A stretch of DNA of 64,000 bases from the IMG/VR virus record IMGVR_UViG_3300032323_000793, positions 31,395 to 95,394 of that record; one strand, given 5' to 3'. Positions within the stretch are counted from its first letter, which is position 1. Each line of letters starts with the position of its first letter. Source of the stretch: a virus. The position numbers and the translations under genes were made by a program. Under the pieces are notes generated by a model. The model made no database searches, was not told the origin of the DNA, and worked only from the letters and a program-made list of their open reading frames with translations. This document shows positions 1 through 8,428 of this stretch, one piece after another.

Positions 1-445
1 CTTTGAAAACAAAGACGGCGACTTCAAGAACGACTATCGTTTTATGAATCAGGAAATCATCAATGAAAAGATGAAGACTGTTAAGTTCCGCGGTGTTAAG
101 TGGGATGTAGAAGTAGAACCTAGCGTGGCCTCTGTTCAACGTTTTAACTTTCAAGCAGGTGCTAACAACGAACATCCAACATTCTTAGCCAAGACAGACA
201 GCGGCAACTTAAAGTTTATCTTTGGTGATGCTTCAACACACGGCGGCGAGTTTGTGTTTGCTATGGGTGTAACTGGTAAATTAGATCGCGGTTGGACTTG
301 GCCAGTGTTGCCAATCTTGAGTATTCTTAAGATTGCAGATGTCAATAACACAAAGATGTCTTTGAGTAATGAAGGTGCTATTCAAATTACTCTAGATAGC
401 GGCCTTGCTACTTACAAATATATTATTCCTGCACAAGCAGCCTAA
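1..445 (+). CDS. DNA polymerase sliding clamp (T4 gp45-like), 5'-truncated by window edge
   Basis: The frame is open from position 2 (FENKDGDFKNDYRFM...), so the ATG at 44 is internal. The C-terminal ISNEGA-like segment (LSNEGAIQITLDSGLATYKYIIPA) resembles the end of phage clamp proteins. T4-like context. Confidence 0.65.
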   Translation, partial: FENKDGDFKNDYRFMNQEIINEKMKTVKFRGVKWDVEVEPSVASVQRFNFQAGANNEHPTFLAKTDSGNLKFIFGDASTHGGEFVFAMGVTGKLDRGWTWPVLPILSILKIADVNNTKMSLSNEGAIQITLDSGLATYKYIIPAQAA

Positions 446-447
446 AT

Positions 448-819
448 ATGATTAAGAATATTACTGCTTCTGGACGGTATATGCAGGTCACTGGAGGAAA
501 CTCCAGTACCTACGTAAATGCATATTCCGGATCTCAAGGTGTTGGCAATATGCGATACAATACTTCTTTGCAACAAATGGAAGTGTTCGACGGCAATAAT
601 TGGATTACTATTGCTATGGATTATACCAGTGTCGGGCTAAACGGTGAAGCAGAATCATTACTTGATTGGGCACGTAAGAAACGTGACGAAGAATTGGCTT
701 GGGAATCTTTGGCAAAAGATAATCAGGCTGTTAAAATAGCATTAGAAAACGTAGAACAGGCACGTAGACAATTAGATATTACAGCAAAACTAGCGAGAGA
801 TTATGAAACAACCAGTTAA
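448..819 (+). CDS. hypothetical protein
   Basis: 123-aa ORF tightly packed with neighbours. Contains GNMRYNT..QMEVFDGNNW, a motif type common in phage virion proteins, and a C-terminal coiled coil. Confidence 0.7.
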   Translation: MIKNITASGRYMQVTGGNSSTYVNAYSGSQGVGNMRYNTSLQQMEVFDGNNWITIAMDYTSVGLNGEAESLLDWARKKRDEELAWESLAKDNQAVKIALENVEQARRQLDITAKLARDYETTS

Positions 820-2347
820 CCTAACACCATTACAAAAAGACTATGCAGTATATCTGCCTGCCATTAGTTCTTTTTACAGCACCTATGTAGATAAACAAAG
901 ACAAGACGAATTTATTCCTAAAGATCGTATTCCTGCGGGATTTGATCGTGGTGTTGAAGGTATGAACTTCCTTAATCCCGAACAAGGATATTTTTATTAT
1001 AAACATGCTCTATATTCTGCAGGTCATGCACAGTTAGATATTGAAAAAAGTCTTAAACAAGAATTAATGATTCAAGATCGAGATCGTTCAAAGACAATGA
1101 TCTTAGGCGATTCTGGCGGATATCAAATTGGTAAAGGTGTTATTAAATTTGATTGGCAAAATTTTGAAGGCGCTGAAGCCAATAAAGTTAGAAAAAAGAT
1201 TTTAACTTGGTTAGATGTTACTGCTGACTGGTCTATGATGTTAGACGTTCCGACTTGGGCCTGTGATCATATTCATAGTCCAAAGACTGGACTTAAATCT
1301 TTTGACGATTGCCTCGATAAAACTAAATTCAATAACAAATATTTTATTGAAAATAGAATTGGCTCTAAAGAAGGCGGAACTAAACTATTAAATGTTCTTC
1401 AAGGTTCTAATTGGGAAAACGCAGAGGCATGGTATCAAGGTGTAAAAGAATATTCCGATACATCTAAGTATGGGGACAGAGCCGCTGAAGGTTGGGCTAT
1501 GGGCGGTGCTAATATGTGTAAGATGCCTATTACCCTTAAACGTCTTATTACTATGCGTTTTGATGATATGCTAGAAGGTAAAAATTGGATGCACTTCTTG
1601 GGTACTGCACAGTTAGACTGGGCATGTTACTTAACTGCTATCCAGCGCCAGATTAGGAAACACATAAATGAAGAATTCACTATCTCTTTCGACTGTGCAT
1701 CACCTTTCATCGCAACAGCACACGGATTGGTATATACTAACGCCCAGCACACCTCTAAACGATTCAGTGTTATCATGGATAAAGCCCCGGATGATAAGAG
1801 TCTTTCCGGACGGCACGATATACCTTTTCCTTTCGAAAGCAATTTCGGTCAAAGACTTACAATCGCAGATATATGCCACTATGCACCAGGAATGTTAAAC
1901 AAGATTGGCAAAGAAGGCAAAACTAGTTGGGATAGTTTTGCCTATGCTCTAATGATGGGTCATAACGTAGAATGTCATATTCGTGCTGTTCAACGTGCTA
2001 ATAATCTAATGGACATTGAACTTGCCAAACACAAACCAGATTGGAGACGTTGGAGAAAAGTCAAAGATGCTGACAAATCTGACGAAATGTCAGAGTGGGT
2101 GCCAAGGAATGTATTATACTTCAATCGATTTGTTGAAGAATTGTTTGCACTTAATACCAAAGACGAAGCATTTGAAATGATAGCCGAAGCAGAACGTTTA
2201 GGATTCTTACAAAACTTAGAAGGTGCTAGGTTACGTGGCGGTGTTACAAACATTGCTCATACACTTTTTTATGAAGAATCGGAAGACGAAACTTCTTGGG
2301 AAGACGACCGAGAGGATGAGGCATTAGATAATCTAAAAATTGATTAA
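803..2347 (+). CDS. dpdA: DpdA-family DNA guanine transglycosylase (TGT fold; inserts 7-deazaguanine derivatives into DNA)
   Basis: TGT-like motifs ILGDSGGYQ, MMLDVP, NVLQG, HFLG and SFDCASPF. Lies in a locus with folE, queE and a T-fold gene. Confidence 0.8.
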   Translation: MKQPVNLTPLQKDYAVYLPAISSFYSTYVDKQRQDEFIPKDRIPAGFDRGVEGMNFLNPEQGYFYYKHALYSAGHAQLDIEKSLKQELMIQDRDRSKTMILGDSGGYQIGKGVIKFDWQNFEGAEANKVRKKILTWLDVTADWSMMLDVPTWACDHIHSPKTGLKSFDDCLDKTKFNNKYFIENRIGSKEGGTKLLNVLQGSNWENAEAWYQGVKEYSDTSKYGDRAAEGWAMGGANMCKMPITLKRLITMRFDDMLEGKNWMHFLGTAQLDWACYLTAIQRQIRKHINEEFTISFDCASPFIATAHGLVYTNAQHTSKRFSVIMDKAPDDKSLSGRHDIPFPFESNFGQRLTIADICHYAPGMLNKIGKEGKTSWDSFAYALMMGHNVECHIRAVQRANNLMDIELAKHKPDWRRWRKVKDADKSDEMSEWVPRNVLYFNRFVEELFALNTKDEAFEMIAEAERLGFLQNLEGARLRGGVTNIAHTLFYEESEDETSWEDDREDEALDNLKID

Positions 2348-2356
2348 GGAGTTATT

Positions 2357-2566
2357 ATGTACGAAAATCGTATAGCACACTTAGAAGAAGCACATAGAGC
2401 CTTGGACAAACAAATTGATCTTTTAATACGTGAAGGCAAATACGAAGATACCAGTATGCACAATTTGAAGAAACAAAGGTTGCTTTATAAAGACGAAATT
2501 GCTAAACTTAAACGTCAGCAATGGGAACATGATAACGAAACTATAGATTTTGACGATGACAGATAA
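2357..2566 (+). CDS. small coiled-coil protein, DUF465/YdcH-like
   Basis: Pattern L...H..LD..I ... LKKQRL..KDEI. AAGGAG RBS upstream. Confidence 0.55.
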   Translation: MYENRIAHLEEAHRALDKQIDLLIREGKYEDTSMHNLKKQRLLYKDEIAKLKRQQWEHDNETIDFDDDR

Positions 2567-2584
2567 CTTTAAAAAGAAAGCAGT

Positions 2585-3118
2585 ATGAAAAGAGATTACA
2601 AAGACGGTGTTGCTTCAGACATTACATTCTTTACTGGGGTAGAGATTGAACGCACACCTGCCTACGGAATGAAAACTCTGTTTGTTGTTGGAGTTCATGA
2701 TCCATATGTTATCATGGAACTTGCCCGTAATAACAAATGTAAACATATCTACTTTGGTGCTAATCAAAGTTTTAAGACTAAAGGCGTCAACGATACCGAA
2801 ACCTGGCGTCCTTGGGAAGATATGATCTATGTGTGTCTAGATGCAGAGGACGGATTTTGGTGTACTCTAGATTTCGATGTTTGTGAAACGGAAGGATTGC
2901 TTGAGAGCGGTCTTACCGAAAAGCGTAGATTTATTCCGCAGATTAGTGTAAAATTACCTTATATTAATCAACTAGGTTATAACGCTACACTTAAGATCGA
3001 CGATAAAGATTTTTCAGCAACTAATCCTGGGGTTTGGTGCCATAACCTACAGGACCTATTAGGAAGAGACCGCTTCACTGATTGGGATCAATATGGCAAA
3101 GATGAGATTTTACAATGA
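2585..3118 (+). CDS. hypothetical protein in deazaguanine locus
   Basis: 177-aa ORF with enzyme-like segments (GVEIERTP, HIYFGANQSF, LKIDDKDF, NPGVWCH). No family recognised. Confidence 0.75.
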   Translation: MKRDYKDGVASDITFFTGVEIERTPAYGMKTLFVVGVHDPYVIMELARNNKCKHIYFGANQSFKTKGVNDTETWRPWEDMIYVCLDAEDGFWCTLDFDVCETEGLLESGLTEKRRFIPQISVKLPYINQLGYNATLKIDDKDFSATNPGVWCHNLQDLLGRDRFTDWDQYGKDEILQ

Positions 3119-3471
3119 GTAGCGGATACGCAGTAGCATCACCTCGTGGTTTAACTAGCATTAAACGTGCAAGACACAGAGTAGAAGAAAAGAAACCTAT
3201 GAAACTAACATTAAAACAACGCCTTCGTAACTGGTTACTAGAAAGTCCAGATGAATCAGTGCCACAGGATATCTATGTTGAAGAAGATAAACTTTCTTCA
3301 GACGGTATGCGATTACAAATCTACAAAGCCAGTGGTGGATATGTTGTAGAGACCCGCGGTTATGATCGTAAAATGGACCGTAATAACTATACCATGCATG
3401 TAATTAAAGAAGAAGAAGATCTAGGCGAAAGGCTTGGAAAGATCGTTATGATGGAGGCACTAAGAGGATGA
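3115..3471 (+). CDS. hypothetical protein
   Basis: 118-aa ORF with ATGA overlaps at both ends. Confidence 0.7.
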   Translation: MSSGYAVASPRGLTSIKRARHRVEEKKPMKLTLKQRLRNWLLESPDESVPQDIYVEEDKLSSDGMRLQIYKASGGYVVETRGYDRKMDRNNYTMHVIKEEEDLGERLGKIVMMEALRG

Positions 3472-3857
3472 TTATTCGTCAAGACACCCGTCCTAACAAA
3501 ATGATTTGGGTTACCTTCCAAAAAGAAGGTATGCACAAGTATCCAGCCGCACTTACAGATCCCTCACTTGCCACAGGTGATGAATATGATGTTAGTTTCC
3601 TAGGATATCCGCATCGTCACATCTTCCATTTTAAAGTTTGGATTGGTGTAACTCATAATGATCGCGATATTGAGTTTATTCAGTTTAAACGTTGGTTGCT
3701 AAATCTGTATAAAGATGCTACAATTAGTTTAGACTTTAAGAGTTGTGAAATGATGTCAGACGATTTATATGACATTATTAGCAAAAAGTATCCAGGCCGT
3801 GAGGTTTGGATTGAGGTCTCCGAAGACGGAGAAAATGGTTCATTCATCAAATATTAA
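3468..3857 (+). CDS. dpdL: QueD-like T-fold protein with DpdL-type signature (putative CDG decarboxylase)
   Basis: LGYPHRHIF (LxxxHRHxF) at 3600-3626 in place of the QueD CxxxHGH. Also has T-fold-like SCE and VSEDGEN segments. Lies between dpdA and folE. Confidence 0.65.
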   Translation: MIIRQDTRPNKMIWVTFQKEGMHKYPAALTDPSLATGDEYDVSFLGYPHRHIFHFKVWIGVTHNDRDIEFIQFKRWLLNLYKDATISLDFKSCEMMSDDLYDIISKKYPGREVWIEVSEDGENGSFIKY

Positions 3858-3868
3858 AGGAAAGTCAG

Positions 3869-4120
3869 ATGAAAAACTACAAGGACTACAGGTACTTTGA
3901 AAATCGTCCTGATGTTGTAAGAGTGTGGGATGACCTCGAGTCATATCACGATTGGTGCAGATTTGAACTCTGCGATTTCAACCCTGCTGATCTTTATCGC
4001 AAAGATTCTGCAAATTACTCTGCTTACCTAGCAAGTAAACGTCCACGTAGACCTTACCAAGGTAAGAATCCACGTTGGGACAACAATGGAAGACGCAATG
4101 AGCAACGTTTTTCTCGTTGA
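3869..4120 (+). CDS. hypothetical protein
   Basis: 83-aa ORF with AAAGGA RBS and a basic C-terminus. Confidence 0.65.
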   Translation: MKNYKDYRYFENRPDVVRVWDDLESYHDWCRFELCDFNPADLYRKDSANYSAYLASKRPRRPYQGKNPRWDNNGRRNEQRFSR

Positions 4121-5207
4121 TCTCGAAGCAGTAGAAACAAGATATACGGGTCAGTGGAAAACCCACTTACCCGATCTTTTGCGGAGACATGGGCATGACG
4201 TTCAAGTTATCAGTGGTCCTGAAGATATTCCTTCTGCCACTACTCCTGGCGCCTTTCTTAATTTCGGCGGCACTAATATCTATAAGTCTAGTCAAGTTGA
4301 ACAGATCAGTCGGTTATTTTGCTCCGGATCAGTTAAGCCTAATGATCAGTTCATCTTTACTGATGCTTGGCACCCTGGTATCATAAATCTAAAGTACATG
4401 AGCGAACTTCTTGGCATCCCTGTCAAGATTCACGCATTATGGCATGCCGGTAGTTATGATCCTCAAGACTTTTTAGGTCGTCTTATTGGTAATGCACCTT
4501 GGGTTAGACATGCCGAGAAATCTTTCTTTGCTGCAATTGATCATAACTATTTTGCCACAGACTTTCATATTGAAATGTTCGATGCTAATCTTCTTAACGA
4601 CGGTATGATAGAAAATCCGTGGCGTCATGAAGATATGCAAGAATATATGCAAGAAGGTAAAATTATAAGATCAGGATGGCCTATGGAGTATATGGCAGAT
4701 ACTTTGCTAATGTATAAGAATATGCCTAAACGTAATCTTATCCTTTTTCCGCATCGTATTGCTCCGGAAAAACAAGTTGAGATTTTTAGAGATCTAAAAG
4801 AACAACTGCCTCAATATGAATTTGTTGTTTGTCAAGATCAACAACTAACAAAGAACGAATATCATAATATGTTAGGTGAGGCTAAACTAGTGTTTAGTGC
4901 TAATCTACAAGAAACATTAGGTATCAGTTGGTATGAAGGTGCTTTAGTTGATGCTATTCCGATGGTGCCAGATCGTTTAAGTTACAGAGAAATGGCATTA
5001 GACTGTTTTAAGTATCCTTCCGAGTGGACAGAATCATTTGACAGTTACAAAACGCACAGAGATTTAGTAGTCAGTAAAATAATTGACTACATGGAAAATT
5101 ACGAAAAATATTTTGTAAACCTAAATAAACAGGTAGATATCTTAAAACTAGATTTCTTTAGTTGTGATAATCTATTAGAAAAATTAAAATGTCATCCACG
5201 ACACTAA
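4098..5207 (+). CDS. GT-B fold glycosyltransferase (GT4/Glycos_transf_1-like)
   Basis: C-terminal FPHRIAPEKQ and FSANLQETLGISWYEG (E-x7-E nucleotide-sugar motif). Start placed at ATG 4098; the ORF track starts it at 4086. Confidence 0.75.
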   Translation: MSNVFLVDLEAVETRYTGQWKTHLPDLLRRHGHDVQVISGPEDIPSATTPGAFLNFGGTNIYKSSQVEQISRLFCSGSVKPNDQFIFTDAWHPGIINLKYMSELLGIPVKIHALWHAGSYDPQDFLGRLIGNAPWVRHAEKSFFAAIDHNYFATDFHIEMFDANLLNDGMIENPWRHEDMQEYMQEGKIIRSGWPMEYMADTLLMYKNMPKRNLILFPHRIAPEKQVEIFRDLKEQLPQYEFVVCQDQQLTKNEYHNMLGEAKLVFSANLQETLGISWYEGALVDAIPMVPDRLSYREMALDCFKYPSEWTESFDSYKTHRDLVVSKIIDYMENYEKYFVNLNKQVDILKLDFFSCDNLLEKLKCHPRH

Positions 5208-5222
5208 CTCGGAGAATTAGAA

Positions 5223-5969
5223 TTGACAAATAAAAAAGAAACAGGCCTGGACGCAATGGCAGGCGACGGTGGCTATCAAGAAGCATACCTAGGCGATCAC
5301 ATTCGCTTTAAAATGAAACGTGAAGGCAAGCGTTTCTGGGCAGGCGACAACATCAGTGATTATCTGTACGAAGGTGATAAAGAACGCCTAATCGACGAAG
5401 CAACAGAAGCGTTTGAACTAGTGCTTGATCGATTGCTAATTGATCGTGAAAACGATCCTAATAGCCAAGGAACTGCTCGTCGTTTGGCTAAAATGTATTT
5501 TAACGAAATAATGGCAGGTAGATATGAACAAGCACCAGATTGCACAGCATTCCCTAATGACAGCGAGGATCGTTACGAAGGTATGTTGGTTGTTCGTAGT
5601 GAGTTGCGCTCTATGTGTAGTCATCATCATCAACCCGTTAGTGGCGTTGCTTACATTGGTATTATTGCGGCTTCCAAACTCATTGGCCTCTCTAAGTACA
5701 CACGTATCGCACAGTGGTGCGCAAGACGTGGTACTCTCCAGGAGGAACTTGCTAATGATATTGCTCGCGAGATCGCCAAGGCCACCGGAGCAGAAGACGT
5801 AGGTGTGTATATTCAGGCAGTACATGGATGCTGTGAGAATAGAGGCATTATGGCACATAGTTCATTAACACAGACTACTGTACTTAAAGGTGCTTTCAAG
5901 GACGATCAGAGTACTAAGAAAGAATTCTTTGATAACATTAAATTGCAACAAGACTTTGCTCCACGATAA
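5223..5969 (+). CDS. folE: GTP cyclohydrolase I
   Basis: T.ARRLAKMY, SMCSHHHQP, IGLSKYTRI, LQEEL, HGCCENRG and EFF motifs. TTG start after GGAG. Confidence 0.93.
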   Translation: MTNKKETGLDAMAGDGGYQEAYLGDHIRFKMKREGKRFWAGDNISDYLYEGDKERLIDEATEAFELVLDRLLIDRENDPNSQGTARRLAKMYFNEIMAGRYEQAPDCTAFPNDSEDRYEGMLVVRSELRSMCSHHHQPVSGVAYIGIIAASKLIGLSKYTRIAQWCARRGTLQEELANDIAREIAKATGAEDVGVYIQAVHGCCENRGIMAHSSLTQTTVLKGAFKDDQSTKKEFFDNIKLQQDFAPR

Positions 5970-5977
5970 GGAATTCT

Positions 5978-6481
5978 ATGAGTCAAGTATATGTAATTAA
6001 ACCTCTGCATAAAAAAAGCATTGTCTATCATGTAGAAATGTATCGTAATAATCCAGACGGTAGCGTTGGCTGGTTTAATATTGACGAAACATATCGTTGG
6101 GGGCAAGGTTTTGTTGAAGGTGATCTAGACTGCAACCTTCCCTGGGAAGGCGACCCTGTTGCCTATGCTCGAGCAGATTGCGGTTGGGGTTGCGAGTTTG
6201 ATGACAGTATTAATATTGAAATTGAATTCAGTGACGACATCAGCAAAGAAGAACAAGAAGAAATCCGACAAGCCTACTACGAAGGTGGTGCGGCATGGCT
6301 GTTTGATGGCGAGCACAGTTGGTGTGAAGAAGACACTGCGGTACATATTGTTGCACCCTATCAAATAGATCTGTGCAACGATGATGGTACGGTCATTGAA
6401 GAAAACATTAAACTTAAACCACGGCCCGATCCAAGAACAAGTTGGCCTTGGAGTGTGGATAACCCTAAACCTGAGGAATAA
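5978..6481 (+). CDS. hypothetical acidic protein
   Basis: 167-aa ORF with AAGGA RBS. Confidence 0.7.
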   Translation: MSQVYVIKPLHKKSIVYHVEMYRNNPDGSVGWFNIDETYRWGQGFVEGDLDCNLPWEGDPVAYARADCGWGCEFDDSINIEIEFSDDISKEEQEEIRQAYYEGGAAWLFDGEHSWCEEDTAVHIVAPYQIDLCNDDGTVIEENIKLKPRPDPRTSWPWSVDNPKPEE

Positions 6482-6482
6482 T

Positions 6483-6686
6483 ATGAGAACAGAAATTATT
6501 AGCGTACTAAAACAACATTTTGAAGCACACATTCTTAAACACAAAATGAATGTGGACATTATGTTAAACAATCCAATGGCTATTCATGAGCATACAGATC
6601 TAATGGATGCTATTGAAAAGGAAGTAGCATTGATAGCAGAATATCAAGACAAGTTAGAAATAATGAACGTTTATTTTGGAGAATAA
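6483..6686 (+). CDS. hypothetical protein
   Basis: ATG at 6483 after GAGGA (MRTEIISVLKQH...). The longer track start at 6381 overlaps the upstream gene. Confidence 0.7.
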   Translation: MRTEIISVLKQHFEAHILKHKMNVDIMLNNPMAIHEHTDLMDAIEKEVALIAEYQDKLEIMNVYFGE

Positions 6687-6688
6687 TC

Positions 6689-6889
6689 ATGCAAGTAAGA
6701 GCAGACCAAATTACAGAAGGCGGATCACCATGTGGTTGTGGTCGTAGTCCTACAGGCAAATGTATCGGCTGGCACGGACTAGAAGAGGGCGAATACCGTG
6801 AAAGATTAGCAGAGTGGGAATTGGAAGATTATAAACGTAGGGCACAAGAACTGTGGAATGACTCTTGCACTAGTCAGAGGTCATCATGA
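6689..6889 (+). CDS. CDGSH-like iron-sulfur/zinc-binding small protein
   Basis: CGCGRSPTGKCIGWH is a variant of the 3Cys-1His CDGSH motif. GGAG RBS. Confidence 0.55.
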   Translation: MQVRADQITEGGSPCGCGRSPTGKCIGWHGLEEGEYRERLAEWELEDYKRRAQELWNDSCTSQRSS

Positions 6890-7104
6890 GTACAGCAAAA
6901 GAAATAGCAGATAATTTAATTAACCGTGCAAAAAATCTACAAGAATTTGTTGTAGAAAGAGATTGGTCTCTTATTCCAGCAGGTGTTGTAAGATATGATA
7001 TACAACATACAGTGGGTGAACCTGCTAGAATCTTTGTTCATGCTATGACAAAAGAAGAAGCAGAACGTCAAGTTGACGACTGGTTTAGTGAAGGTGTAGA
7101 ATAA
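6886..7104 (+). CDS. hypothetical protein
   Basis: 72-aa ORF with ATGA overlap and GAGG RBS. Confidence 0.65.
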   Translation: MSTAKEIADNLINRAKNLQEFVVERDWSLIPAGVVRYDIQHTVGEPARIFVHAMTKEEAERQVDDWFSEGVE

Positions 7105-7175
7105 TGTTATTTGCTCTAGGAATGATTGTAGGTATTATTATTGGAATCATTGCTTGGATTCTCATTAGGAGATAA
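7104..7175 (+). CDS. 23-aa single-pass membrane peptide (not in ORF track)
   Basis: MLFALGMIVGIIIGIIAWILIRR*. The ATG overlaps the upstream TAA (TAATG) and the ORF fills the gap to the next gene. Confidence 0.6.
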   Translation: MLFALGMIVGIIIGIIAWILIRR

Positions 7176-7177
7176 CG

Positions 7178-7648
7178 ATGTTGTTAAAACTACTTGAAAA
7201 ACTAGATCGCAAACGTATCATTTTTGATCGTGTGCATAACGAACCGTACCTTGAACGGTATTATCTCTTTTTAAAAGAACGTGAACGTTTTCCCTTTAAC
7301 ATATTTTTACACAAGTTCTTAAAAGGTGATCCAGACGATGTTCATGATCATCCATGGCCCTATGCAACATTAATTTTGAAAGGTGGATACTATGAATGGA
7401 TTCCGCAATTTGACGAACAAGGCAATAAATCATGTGAAGTACGTAAATGGAGAGGACCCGGCCATTTTCGTATATGTAGCCCTAACTCTTATCATCGTAT
7501 TGAGCTTAAGCCTGGCGTAACCGCTTGGACATTGTTTATGCCCGGACCTCACAAACGTGAATGGGGATTTTTAGTTAATAATAAATGGGTTCAACACGAA
7601 CAATATTTAAAGGAGAGGTATGAACAAGCACATAATCAAACAGTCTGA
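7178..7648 (+). CDS. cupin-fold (RmlC-like) metalloprotein
   Basis: HDHPW...GGYYE...YHRIEL...WTLF is a double-stranded beta-helix metal-binding pattern. Confidence 0.7.
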   Translation: MLLKLLEKLDRKRIIFDRVHNEPYLERYYLFLKERERFPFNIFLHKFLKGDPDDVHDHPWPYATLILKGGYYEWIPQFDEQGNKSCEVRKWRGPGHFRICSPNSYHRIELKPGVTAWTLFMPGPHKREWGFLVNNKWVQHEQYLKERYEQAHNQTV

Positions 7649-8204
7649 ACTAAAAGGATTAGTTTCTAAATTATGTAGAGATATTATAATTAGTGGATGG
7701 CGACCTGATTATATAGTAGGCATCACTAGAGGAGGCCTTATTCCCGCCGTAATGATTAGTCAATATCTAAATGTACCTATGCATACCTTGAACGTTAGTT
7801 TAAGAGACGGCAATAGCGGAGAATCAAATCTTTGGATGGCCGAAGATGCTCTTGGTCCTAATTCTAGAGAAAGATTTGTAGAAAATCCTATAGATGTTGC
7901 GGGTGTATTAGAAGCAGCCAGTGATCTTTTAGAAAACGGAACATATAAAGAAATTCTGTTAGTCGATGATATCAACGACACAGGTGCAACATTTAACTGG
8001 ATAATGAATGATTGGCCAAGTGGATGTTTTCCAGATGACCCAGCATGGGAAGAAGTATGGAATAACAATGTAAAATTTGCAGTGCTAGTTGATAACCTTT
8101 CCAGCAAATGTAATGTTAAAATGGATTATTCCGGTATGGAAATTAACAAAGCGGAAAATGATGTTTGGATTGATTTTCCGTGGGAAGACTGGTGGACTAA
8201 ATGA
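7620..8204 (+). CDS. type I purine phosphoribosyltransferase (Gpt/Hpt-like)
   Basis: VGITRGGLIPA, PRPP-binding LLVDDINDTGAT and C-terminal WIDFPWE. Confidence 0.88.
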   Translation: MNKHIIKQSELKGLVSKLCRDIIISGWRPDYIVGITRGGLIPAVMISQYLNVPMHTLNVSLRDGNSGESNLWMAEDALGPNSRERFVENPIDVAGVLEAASDLLENGTYKEILLVDDINDTGATFNWIMNDWPSGCFPDDPAWEEVWNNNVKFAVLVDNLSSKCNVKMDYSGMEINKAENDVWIDFPWEDWWTK

Positions 8205-8428
8205 TTGATTCAAAAATAAAAGTACATTGTACTGATGCTGGCAAAGACTTTGATATGCATGTTTTAGGATATAAACCTAAGACATTTTTAGAAGTTGCAT
8301 TTCAAACTATTAAAATTCGTTTAGCCTATATGGAAAGAACTCGTGCATTTGTGGGTTCATTAGGGGGAAGAGAATTTGTTTTTCGTGAAGAAAATCTTCC
8401 CAAAGAAACTGTGGAGTATAAAAGATGA
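8201..8428 (+). CDS. hypothetical protein
   Basis: 75-aa ORF with ATGA overlaps. Confidence 0.65.
   Translation: MIDSKIKVHCTDAGKDFDMHVLGYKPKTFLEVAFQTIKIRLAYMERTRAFVGSLGGREFVFREENLPKETVEYKR

Noticed and set aside
803-2347. Calling this a tRNA-guanine transglycosylase (tgt) for queuosine
   Set aside because: No C-terminal CxCxxC zinc site of bacterial Tgt, and no queA/queF or tRNA genes in the window. The phage context favours DpdA.
5185-5222. Possible preQ1 riboswitch or folE leader RNA (tgtc-atccac-gaca hairpin)
   Set aside because: Only a 4-bp stem, inside the upstream coding sequence, with no preQ1-I loop or A-rich tail consensus. An Infernal/Rfam scan would be needed to revive it.
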